In this document: positions 1-11,419 of the stretch, piece after piece
Position numbering within the stretch: position 1 is the first letter of the stretch
Layout: each line of letters opens with the position of its first letter
DNA from: Epiperipatus broadwayi
Lineage: Eukaryota; Animalia; Onychophora
Assembly: GCA_028023455.1 (NCBI GenBank)
Contig: JAQFVV010000006.1
Location: 13,454,001 to 13,518,000, forward strand
Direction of reading: 5' to 3'
Length of the DNA stretch: 64,000 nucleotides
Notes under the pieces: model-generated
The model's input: the letters and a program-made list of their open reading frames with translations, nothing else
What the model was told of the DNA's origin: nothing
The model's database searches: none
Translations under genes and position numbers: made by a program

Positions 1-1249
1 GTGTATATGTGTAATAAACATGAGATTAGAATGTATCATCTATAATACATGTAGGAAACATCGCTGATTCAACTTTTTTTTTTTTTTTTTCGGAGAAAAA
101 ATGTTGTCAAAATCTACATTTACTTATTAATTAGTTCAATTTAGTTATGCATTGAATCTTAAATTTTTATAATTCAATGTGAATTAGTAAAGAATGTGAC
201 ATTTATATGTATAAATGACATACTATCTGGGTTTATCATGTATGATTCATTATATTGTTATACCAGCATTTCTGCTGGGTTGCACTTGGCCTCATCTGGG
301 TAATGAATGTTATAAGAAATTGATGTAAAGATGCTGTGAGCATCGGAGTACAAGATTAAAAGTGAACTGAACCGCCTTTTATTTGGAAACATTTTTTAAA
401 ACTCATTAATGTGAATAACTGTTGATTTTATATTGTTTTTCTCCATTATCATTCGACATTTACTTTTATATTTTAAAATTTTTTGTTTTTGTTTTCTATT
501 GGTTAAACGTTTAATTGTATTATGTACTAATACTTGCAGTGACTCTGCAATGGTTTTTTATAATAGCATTCATTAGTCAGTTGATGCCAGATGCGATCCA
601 ACTGAAACATCGTTACACTAATACTACGGATCATACATTAATGAACTCAGATAATATTTCATTTATATATATATAATATGTGAAAATCTTTGTTTTAAAA
701 TATATATATAATTAATTCTAATAAGCCTTATTGATAAAATTCCATATTAATATGTATTATTCGAAATTGGTATCCTTTTTTTAATTTTGTTAGTAATTGG
801 TAGCCAAAATTGTTTCTAACATTGGCTAAGGAAAAGTTTTAGTCAGTCTCTTAGCAGTAGCTGAGTTCATCTTTGACTCAGCTACTGTTAGTACGTATTA
901 TAGTAATTAAGAAATAGTGCAATAAATATTAGTATTTTCTGATTTCAGTAATGCTTAGAAAATACTTAGATATTATTTAGTTGTGAGGGGTATCCAAAAA
1001 TAACCAAAACATTCTCTGGAGAGTGAGCGTGTTTTAGTACGTGCTTCCACCAGTTGTTGCCTCTTGCAGGGATTCCCCAGCATCTTTCTGCCAACTGACA
1101 TCAAATAAAGTCATGGTACTGCATAGTAAATGATTTTGTTAAGTCTGTCTCACTTATTTGTCAATTTTTAAGGTTGATATGTTGGAACAATTTGAAATTC
1201 TGTTTTCTGTTAAAGAAATCAGATGTAATGCTTGAAATTTCTTACAATC

Positions 1250-1850
1250 AAGCTGTTCGGGGGGAAACACATATTTACAAGTGATTTAATGAAAGTGTCA
1301 AATTCACCATGTCTCAAAAAAAGCATGGCGAGTGAAGTCCAATGTCAAGACAATGCTGATTTTTATTTTTTATGTAAATAGCATTTTTCACTCAGAATTC
1401 CTTCATAATGATCAGGCATTTTATCTACAAGTTCTGTAATATTTGCATGCTGTGTTAAAATATGTTCCGATTTTTGGCAATGAGGAAAGTGCAAGCTTTA
1501 ACCATGGCAATGTCCAGTACACGAAGCTTTGAGTGTAAAACAATTTTCAATTAAAAACAGCACAACCCAGATTATCGATCAGCTACATTCATCCAGTCTC
1601 ATTCCATGCAACTTCTTTTTGTTTTCTTGAATGAAAAAATGTCTCAAAAAAAAAAAAGATTTGCATACTTGAAAGTGGTGAAAAAGAAATATGCATTAAA
1701 ATATATTATTTTGCAAGATTTTCAAGGCTACTTTGAAAGGTGGAAAATACATTTAGACTAGCATTAAGTGGATAGTACTTTGAAGGAGATTCAATTTATA
1801 ACACCTAAAAATAAATAAATACATACGATTTTTAATTCACAATTCCGAAA
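1250..1850 (+). mobile_element. Degenerate mariner transposase, C-terminal half
   Basis: Frameshifted translation resembles A.RVKSNVKTMLIFIF...AFYLQVL...PCNFF...YFEGD, the mariner DD34D region. Confidence 0.8.
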
Positions 1851-2139
1851 TGTCTTTCGTCTTGTCACCCCCACTTCCCATACTCCTGATTTTTTTAATA
1901 AAATGTCGATTTTGTCAATTAACCTTAGTTCTTCAACTATTTTTAAGATTATTAATCCCAAAACAAATGTATAAAAAATGTTGTGAAGTTTGCCTATGCA
2001 TATTTATATAAGTGGCATATATTTGAATCATACGCCTAACATTATTTTTCTCAATTATTATATCATATTACATATAATATGGGTGTTTCTTCATGTGCTA
2101 AAATACTTAAAGGTTCCAATCTTACTATTATGTGTTTGA

Positions 2140-2497
2140 AAACAGGCAAAGCTCACTATACATATTGCTACACACAGCAAGCTAGAGTAATCAATGGATG
2201 CCAGAAGGCTTGTGCATCACATGCCTATCTAGTGCCTACTCATCCAATATGCCCAGACTAGTTTCTGGCTTATGGCCTTCGTCAGTGAGGAGCCTTGGAT
2301 CTGAGAGCGCTGCACCTATATCTTAAGATCTAATGCAACCCTCCAGCAGCCACCTTTTATCTCCACTTAACTACAAAACTAGCCTTCTGGTATCCATTGA
2401 TTACTCTAGCTTGCTGTGTGTGGCAATACGTATAGTGTGTTTTGCCTGTTTTAAAACAGTTATACACAAGCATAAGAAGTGGCGGTCATGTGATGTT
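2140..2497. mobile_element. Hammerhead-bearing short element, family 1, copy A
   Basis: 14-bp TSD tattatgtgtttga (2126-2139, 2498-2511); about 70-bp inverted arms (2141-2210 vs 2381-2450); homologous to 5402-5737, 6358-6595 and 42070-42238. Confidence 0.8.
2242..2300 (-). ncRNA. Minimal type I hammerhead ribozyme (family 1)
   Basis: Minus strand AUCCAA-GGC-UCCUCA CUGACGA A GGC-CAUAA-GCC A GAAA C-UA-GUC|UGGGCA-UA-UUGGAU: intact CUGANGA, GAAA and GUC; helix I pairs in two segments; helix III is the palindrome ACUAGU. Cleavage predicted between 2256 and 2255. Confidence 0.75.
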
Positions 2498-3859
2498 TAT
2501 TATGTGTTTGAGGCTAATCTAACCATAAATAATCTAAGGCTCACATTAAAAAAAATGTTTTTATTTGAGGACTGTATCTAAAATAATAAATACATTAAAA
2601 ATTATTGGACAATCCTACCATTAGTTAAATTTAGAGGGTAATTCAAGGTATTTATAAAAGTTTTTATTGAAACTGGAAATAAGACGCAGTAATTGTTTAT
2701 GTCATTTTAGTGAGTTTTTGGATTGAATTAAAATATCTAATAAGCATTCAATTCAATTGTTATTTTATTTGTTCATTTAAAAAATCGGCAGCGAATTCTT
2801 TTTTTCCCTCAAATTGAAAAACATTGTAATGTTGCAATCCAAGTTATTTTGCCTGCATATTTACATAGATGTGACACCAGTTCAATATCTATGAATTATT
2901 GACTAGTTTTTTAATAACTAGAGTCACTTTTATCCATTAGCCTAGATTAGTGTATAAACAGTAAAACATCACTTGACACCTGCTTACGTCATGCTGATGA
3001 GCATGATGGAAGTAGGAGTTGTGATACCATAGGCTAAGAATGAAACCAGTTCAGAAACTATATGTTCTAATAATCTGTTATAATCTCTCTGCAATTCATG
3101 TTTATTATGTTTGACTTTTGGATTTAAAAAAAAAAAACTACGTTTCACATTTTATTATGAATGGAAATGGAGTGATAAGTTGGGTATATGATTTTTTACT
3201 TTATTGTGCTATATTTTTATTATATAGTTTTGATAATATAGTATTATGAATCTGAGCATTTAATTGCTCACTATCCACTTATTATGAAAATAGGATTAGA
3301 TATTAATATTTTAATGGTCAACTTTACTGTTACAAGTGAGCTATGGTGATTGCATGTGTGAGGATCAGTTTCAGAGAAATCTCTGTAACAAGCCTTTAAA
3401 TACATTGGTTTACAATTTAGAAATTGGCTATATTAATATATTACGTCTGTCTTATTTTTACCATAACTTAACCGAGAGTTCTCGGTGCTCTGATTCAAAG
3501 CAAGAACAACTTGAGTATTTATTTAAGAAGATGTATAAAGTACTACTATTATTTATGAAAATATATAAAATACTGTTATCGCAACATGCTGTAGGTTTTC
3601 AGATTTAGACACGATGTAGCAAATAATAATTGCACTTCATTACAATTTAAAAATATTTCCTCAGACAGCAAACTATCAACGTAGCATATACGAGTGAAAA
3701 AATGATTAGTTCTTTCTTCAAATGCCTGTGGTGCTATCTCTGAATCAACATATTACGTAACGACAGTTTTTCTATCCCCCATAAAAATTTTAAGGCATTG
3801 GCATATCCGGATCATAAATTACCACATTAAACTTGACAATACGTGTTTTATACCTTAAT

Positions 3860-4040
3860 CTGTGATAGAACAACCGATAACATTAAATTTTGTTTTAAAT
3901 CAGGCAAAACTACTACTGAAATGTTTTGAAATGATTCAAACTGTGTATGGCGATGAGATCGTTAATTGGAAGAACATTTTCAAACGGTTTGCAACATTTC
4001 ATGGTGGCAGGAAAGGCATTGAATACGATCCAGTCCATTT
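3860..4040 (+). mobile_element. Degenerate mariner transposase N-terminus (HTH)
   Basis: Across frames EQP.NIKFCFKSGKTTTE.FEMIQTVYGDE...F.GGRKGIE.DP, similar to mariner EQR.NIKFC.KLGK.ATET.EM...VYG. Confidence 0.75.
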
Positions 4041-5401
4041 CATGTTGTAACTTACGACTAGCACCTTAAAATTTTTATAGTGAATAGTTGAACTATGTTG
4101 CTATGTTATATATGTGTTAATTCGGAAATTGCACTACCGGCATCTTGAAGTAAGAATCGGTTAACTTTTCGCTGGGACTTGTGTATAATTAATGAAATTA
4201 TAAAAAATGCCTTTATTTACAACATTTAAATACTGCAATAATTTATTTATTTAGCATGTGGATTTTATTTATATATATATATAACATAAAGAAACTTTCC
4301 AAAGATTCCAACCATAATTAAATTTTAATAGTCAAATTTATTAAAATAGGGATAAAATTATCGTAAGGATAAAAATAATACTGAAAGTTTAAAAAACAAA
4401 ACAGATAAATTAGGATGAAAAAATTGTTTGAAAAAAAAAAGAAGAAGAATTCATAATATTAACAGAAACGAATATGTCCAGAATGGAAAGATAAAAATAT
4501 TAAACAATTTCAAATTTTATTAAAATATTGATGAATCTAATTTTTTTTAATATTATGTATAGCTTGGTAAACATAACACACCTTTATTTGATTTTGTGAC
4601 AGCATCAGAATTACAAAGAAAAAAAAGATATACAAAGTTATTCTTTTTAATCAAATAAATATTCGCAAGATCATATTTGTCAGGCTCGCAATAAAAAAAA
4701 AAAAATACAAATGTGACCTAAAATATATATGTTTACATGAGAGTAATATAGTTTTTAGTATAGTGTAATCAGAAATAGATTTTCGTAAATACTTTCCTGC
4801 AGTATGTATGTATAGTGGTGTCTCACATTAATAGCAGATTAGAAACCAATCCTTCCCCACCTTTAAACAAGCTAGGTCTTATTTTCCATTTGTTAATATA
4901 CATATAGCATTAAACATTTAAGTTATTATAAAAGATGGACCAAATTATATTTCATTATTTATTACTTAATTTACAATTAATTAAACATTTCTGAATGAAA
5001 TAAAAAAACAAACTAATATAGTCTGACCTATAGATTTTTATGTAATGCAAGTCAACAAGTTCTATTTGAATGAACATATTTAAAGAAAATATCTTCTTAT
5101 AGTTAATCCAATCTGCCTTCAGGCGGAAAATATACATTGTAACATTTTGAAGAAACTATATATATAATAAAGTTAATACCATTTATTTTTTAATTCAGCT
5201 TTGAAAAGGTCAAATCTTTTTTTCATCTGCTTTCTTAAATGATAAAGATTAGCTTGCAGATTATAATTAAGTATTTTTCTTATCCCTATCATTTATATTT
5301 TGGTAAAGTCTATATCTAAGCTTAAAAAATATATATAATTTTTAACAACCAAAAAATTAATTATTTATGTATTTGTTGGAGGATTGTTATAAACGGTTCT
5401 T

Positions 5402-5737
5402 AAACAAAGCAAAGCAAAACTCCATATAGTAGTGCCACCTGTGCTAAACAGAGTAATCAATGGATGCCAGAAGGCTTGTGCATAAAATCCCTATCTAATG
5501 CCTACTCATCCAATATCTCCAGACTAGTTTCTGGCTTGTGGCCTTCGTCAGTGAAACTAGTCTGGGGATATTGGATGAGTAGGCATTAGATAGGGATTTT
5601 ATGCACAAGCCTTCTGGCATCCATTGATTACTCTGTTTAGCACAGGTGGCACTACTATATGGAGTTTTGCTTTGCTTTGTTTATAAACAATTATGTGCTA
5701 GTATTGGAGATGTGATCATGTGATGCTTGCTGGTTTA
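5402..5737. mobile_element. Family 1 copy B, 130-bp near-perfect palindrome
   Basis: Arms 5402-5531 and 5553-5682; 13-bp TSD ataaacggttctt (5389-5401, 5738-5750); hammerhead core on the minus strand at 5551-5522. Confidence 0.85.
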
Positions 5738-6357
5738 ATAAACGGTTCTTGTAAAATATTTGTATATATAATTACATAACGCTGCACATGCTATTAAAAC
5801 ATTTTTCTGTAGATACTCATCATTTGCAAGTGTTCTTTCCAATTAGTGCGTGTTGTCAAAAATGCACATAACAAACAGTATTCAAAGCTAGCCTTATATC
5901 TGTGCTATGAATTACTGTATCAGATATTAGTCAACATATTAAAGTAATGTATATAGTGCACAGTATACTGCAGACATACTACAAATACCCGGTGCTCTGA
6001 AAAGAAAATGGCTCTCGGTACTAATTTTGGACTAAAACACTTCCTGAAAAATGTGTCTTATTTAAAAGCAGCACAAAATAAGTTAGAACTATTATCGTGA
6101 TGTGCTACTGTATAAATTTAAAAATTAGGTGAACAAGGAGTCAGCTTAATAATTTCTTTTTAAAACTAAGTTGTAAATTTTCGTGGTCTAAATCTAAAAG
6201 ATTTTCTTTTTTTAAACAGTATTGTAAGTCATCAAAAATGGAAATTAATTAAATCCAAATTTAAAAAATCATATATAACCATATAAATAAATTAAAAATA
6301 ATTATAATTGACAAATATCTAATATAATTTATTTGCCCACAATGTTGTAATATATAT

Positions 6358-6595
6358 TAAAACAGGCAAAACTCTCTATACGTATTGCCACTCAGTACAA
6401 GCCAGAGTAATCAATGGATGCCAGAAGGCTTGTGCATAAAATCCCCATCTAATGCCTATTCATCTAATGTCCCCAGACTAGTTTCTGACCTTTGTCAGTG
6501 AGGAGCCTTGAATCTGAGAGCACTGCACCTAGATCTTAAGATCTAATGCAACCCTCCAGCAACCATCTTTTATCTCTACTTAACTACAAAACTAT
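6358..6595 (-). mobile_element. Family 1 copy C, hammerhead core damaged
   Basis: Colinear with copy A; core reads CUGACAA with most of helix II deleted; homology ends at the same ctacaaaacta point as in copy A. Confidence 0.8.
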
Positions 6596-6719
6596 GAGTC
6601 TTAAATTGAAAACACCATAATATTTTCAATCCAAGCTCATTAGCTTGTATAATCATATAGGTCTGAACTCAGTTCAGTACCTATACATTTTGGTGACTGT
6701 GGTTGTAACATATATATAT

Positions 6720-7935
6720 ATAAATTAAATCATCATTCTAAATAAGATTGAAATAGACAACTAATGATAACTATAATATTTATCAAACTGGCTTTCTTAA
6801 GCTATTTAATTATACAAGTCACATGACCAGTTCTAGCCACTCCCTCTGATGAACATTATTTATTTTAAATTGTACTTATACCATGCATTATAATCAAATA
6901 AATAAATAAATTTAACAAATTTTATTATCTTCTATATACATATCATTTACAATATATAATTATGAGCTATAATTATTTATTAAGTGCATAGGAAATATAT
7001 GTAATACTTTTTAAGACAGGCTATAAACCTGTATCAAATGTGCCTTGAAATTTATAAAAGTCAAGCAATATCTTTATTTTGCCAATAGAGGGACCTCTCA
7101 AACCACGATCCAAGATAGCAGTGGAAAGTTAGGTTAAATATAAGATGGCCGCTCTTATCTTTATAAAAGTCGCTATCTTGGGTCGTGGTTTGAGAGGTTC
7201 CTCCATCGGCAAAATAAAGATATTGTTTCACTATTATAAATTTCAAGGCGCATTTGATACAGGTTATACCAATCTAAAAAGTATTTAAATATATAATGAA
7301 ATAATTTAAAAAATATTAAAAAACAAATATTTTATCTTTATAAATACCATTTACATATTTGCATTAATTTTCTATATCTTCTAACTATTTATTAAGCCCA
7401 CTTTCATCCCAATTTTGCTGGACCTTTTACTATATTTATATATCCAAATTTTCCTGAATCTCTTACGGTAATCTTTTACATACTTTACAGCCTTTATATT
7501 TTCTTCACATTTCATTTTATGACCTATATCTAAAAAATGCAAATATAGTCCTGATCTCATATCTTTCCCATTAATAGCTCTATCATGTTTCTTACCTCTC
7601 AATTGCTATTCTTCCCTCTGTCCTATATATATTTTATTCCGTTTTCCGTATCCAATTTTATAAACCAGCCCCACATGACTATTAATATCATTTAATTTTT
7701 TTGCATTATATAATCACTTATCCAAAGTCTTATTATTTCTTCTAACTATTTTTACATTATTTGGTAATTTTCCTCTCATTAATCTTTTATATACTTATTC
7801 TTACTGTTATCATTTTTCATATCTATCTTATTATCAAAAATCCTTCTTATTGCTTTCCTTTTATACCCTATTTCTACATAACCATTTTCCACGTCTAATT
7901 CCTGTGTATATGCCTCTTTATCTAACATAATAGTA
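6720..7935 (-). mobile_element. Penelope-like element remnant (RT end, GIY-YIG endonuclease, 3' UTR)
   Basis: GLVYKIGYGKRNKIYIGQRG...KHDRAINGKDMRSGLYLHFLDIGHKM, a GIY-YIG nuclease of PLE type; interrupted by a MITE at 7003-7285. Confidence 0.75.
7003..7285. mobile_element. MITE / foldback element with long TIRs
   Basis: Imperfect inverted arms of about 105-115 bp (7003-7109 vs 7171-7285), non-coding centre. Confidence 0.7.
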
Positions 7936-8029
7936 GTAATAAGTAACGTAGTAATAAGTAATATTGAAGAGAATGCAATATATAAGACTTACAACTAATA
8001 ATGAGATTATTACAGATACAATATTATTG

Positions 8030-8415
8030 TAGGAAATAGTAGAAGTATTAATAAGACTTTTAATGAGTTAAATAACAATAAATATGGTATTAGATTTACA
8101 ATGGAAAAAAAGGAAAATGAATTAATGTTGTAGATATTTTTTAAAGAGGGATGAATAAAATAATCGTTAAACATTATATTAATGATAAAAAGATTAGGAA
8201 TTTGATTGATCCAGACATAGCAGCTCCCATGATGCCAAAAAATAGGAAAGGGGTTTAAATTAAAAAATGATAGGATAACATTAGATAATAAAAAAAAAAA
8301 AAGACATATGCACAGAAATTAGAGGTGGAAAATGATTATGTAGAAATAGGATATAAAAGAAAAGCAATTAGGATTTTTGAAAAGATAGGAAAAATGATAA
8401 CAGTAAGAATAAAGA
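8030..8415 (+). mobile_element. Penelope-like RT C-terminal remnant, inverted relative to 6720-7935
   Basis: FNELNNNKYGIRFTMEKKENE resembles PLE RT LN.LN....I.FT.E.E; 8300-8415 is the reverse complement of about 7790-7915. Confidence 0.65.
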
Positions 8416-11400
8416 TAGTGTGCCGGTCAAAATCGTGTATTCATTTAACAAGACCAATAATCCAAGCAAAAGTACATTGAATCCAACAATGCACAAGATA
8501 CATATGTCAGGACAAGGATGAATCCTAACCTATTTGCCTAAACTATTGCCTCTCTGACTAATGGATAACGTTTGTGATGACATTAGCAGTGTTTGGTTTT
8601 ATTCCGTCCCAGCTGGAGGTCATAGTTCACATAGAGACTCAAAATAATAAAGGGTTTATATGAAAATCAATGATTTAATGGATTCTGACGATTGCAGAAC
8701 GGTACAGATATGATTTGATCGATTACTAATGGTTTGAACCATAATAATGATAATTCTTTATGGCAACATTACACAGAAGTGAATTTAAATCAAAGAAATA
8801 TTTAAATAAGTAGAGTAATTAACCTTAGAGATTGGGAATGATGACAAACTAAGCTTATTTAAGATAACAATATTATAGGAATTTATTAAGGAATTTAGTA
8901 CAAAATAAGTAGTCTTTGTTTATACAACTTGGTTATTTTCTTTAATTTGTTTTGATGCGGCTTTGACAAACAATGTAAAAGTTTGTTAATTGGTCGGCCA
9001 AAACCAATCAGCAATAAAATATGATATTACAAATAAATCTGTTTTATATATATATTACAAAATATGAAAGATGGGCATTTAAAATACTATTACATTTGAA
9101 ATCATTTGTATATAATGAGTGTGGGAAGCAAAATAGTTCTTAAATAAATAATTGACAATTATACAGTCAGATTTAATTAATTAACGAAATTGGTTTGTGA
9201 AGGACGTGCCACCACGGCAGAGAGCCTTTCAGGTTTGCTAAATAAAGATATAAAATGATAAAGAAGGCAGTATGCTATTATAGATTACAACAAAATAAAC
9301 GAGGTCTGTTATGAACCTCTGGGTGGCTTTGTTAAAGAAAATTTAAAATACAACTAGATGATGAGAAATGCTAGCCCTCCAGCCAAACATGTCTCTAAAT
9401 AATCATAATAATATTTTGATGTGCATATACATCTTAATGGCAATGCTCAAAAAGAATCCCTTGGTATGAACTACGTCTACTTTGAGGGAGTGTAAAAGGT
9501 TGGACTGGTCAGATTCCGAAGGTCCTAAGAGGTGATTAGCAAAGCAAAATAATAATAATAAATGATTGGTTGTAGCTATAAATACATAATGCCTCAGACA
9601 TATATAAATAGATAGTGTATCACTAACAAAATTATTAAATGAATTCCTGATTAAAATAATCAATTCCCTGACGTCGATAGAAAGTCCCCACATACCCTAG
9701 TCCACTAATGAATGAATCATAAATATAATATATATATTAAAAAAAAGAATTAACTAAAATATAAATTGTTTTCCACACTTCACAAATATTTCATTTATTA
9801 ATAAGTTCTTAAATAGTTTATCAAAGATTACAAAATAAGACTGTTTTTAATTAACATAAGCGGGCATTAAATATCAAACTAATAAATTGTAAATCATAAT
9901 TTTAATATTTTCTGACAAATAAAATATATGTATGAAATATATACTGATAAAATTCTATGATAAATTTTACTTAATTGATTCACTAAAATTATTTATTCTT
10001 TCAGAAATAATTACAGGGCTATTTTAAATTGGAGGTAATAGTAAGATACTTTGAAAATAATTTCAATCATTCAAATAAATTTATATATGATGTACAAAAC
10101 TAAATGAGCTTTCTATTAATTAATTTACAGGAAGTAAGTCTCTTGTAATGATTTTTAAGTTAAAAAAAAAATAACAGGGGAAGGATTTAAAGTTAATAGC
10201 TCATTGAATTTTGTATTTGGCAATTTCAGTAAGTCAAATAATCTAAACAAACCGACAAAAATTAATTTAATTTGCCGCATCAAAATAATGTAAGATTTTA
10301 TAAGAATTGATATTTTAAATTGAATAAATTTAAAAAACGCATTTTAAACCAAGCCGTATAAACATTACACAGATATAAAATATAAATTCATATAGATTTT
10401 TAAAACAAATAAAATAAAATCAATGGCTTGCGGTGAATTGGACGTTACCTCAGAATCAATTAGTTAGTACAGGCAGTTAATACAGTCAGATCATTTCAGG
10501 CTTCCTCGACACGGACAGTCTCTGGCTAGATGTTTAAAGCACTGGAAAGGCATGGATGGGCTGGTGGAACAGACCTCTGAGAAACAAACGACCGATCTTT
10601 TCACCCCGTCATTTCTTTAGGCACGATATATATATATAAAGATTAATCACTTCTCTTCAGTCTCAATAATAATAATCCTTAATCAAATTTTCCACTATTT
10701 ATGTGTTCTGGTCTTATCTACAGGATTAAATCTACACTGACCTCCACCAATTGTAATTGCTATAAGCAGTTGGTGCCTGCTTTGGAGGGAAAATCTCTAA
10801 CTCTGCATGAACATGCCCCAAGGGTTGATTTGCTAATTAAAAAAACACCAACAAGCATATTAAGTTTATCAGTCATTGTATTAACAAAATCTATTTAATT
10901 AAGGTTTAGATTAACAAAATGTAGGTTTTATTTAGAAAAATTTGGTACAATGACTTTCAAACATATTTGACATAAACTTAAGCAGAAATTTACATAATAT
11001 TTCTTAAAATATTACATTGTTTAAACAATTGATTCTCAAGTGTACATTGATTAAAAGATAAATATAAAATGTTACCCACTAATTAATTGAAGAAAATGAA
11101 CTTTAATAAAGAATTTGAAATATTTGTAACATTTTATAGATATCTAGGATTCAATTCAATTTAATAAAATAAACACAATATACATTTTTACAAATATAAA
11201 ATAAATAAACTAATATAAAAAGGTTAGTTTTAATTATAAAATAAGATTAATGAAATATAAAAGATTATAATATTGCTTAAAATATACTACCACCTAATAT
11301 GAGATGGGTGTCAGTTAATAAGGATGGGGTTCAAACCCAGACTAGTGCTGATGACATTGGCACTAGGTGAAGCAGAAATATGTACTATATTTCCAGCTTC

Positions 11401-11419
11401 AATAGTAAATGGATGTCTA

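Noticed and set aside
10131-10133. 3-nt microexon (ttacag|GAA|gtaagt)
   Set aside because: Splice-like on both sides, but no supported host gene and easily generated by chance.
9403-10898. Minus-strand exon chain (about 10838-10745, 10578-10448, 9530-9440)
   Set aside because: Individual splice-like sites exist, but the joined frames hit early stops and give no recognisable protein.
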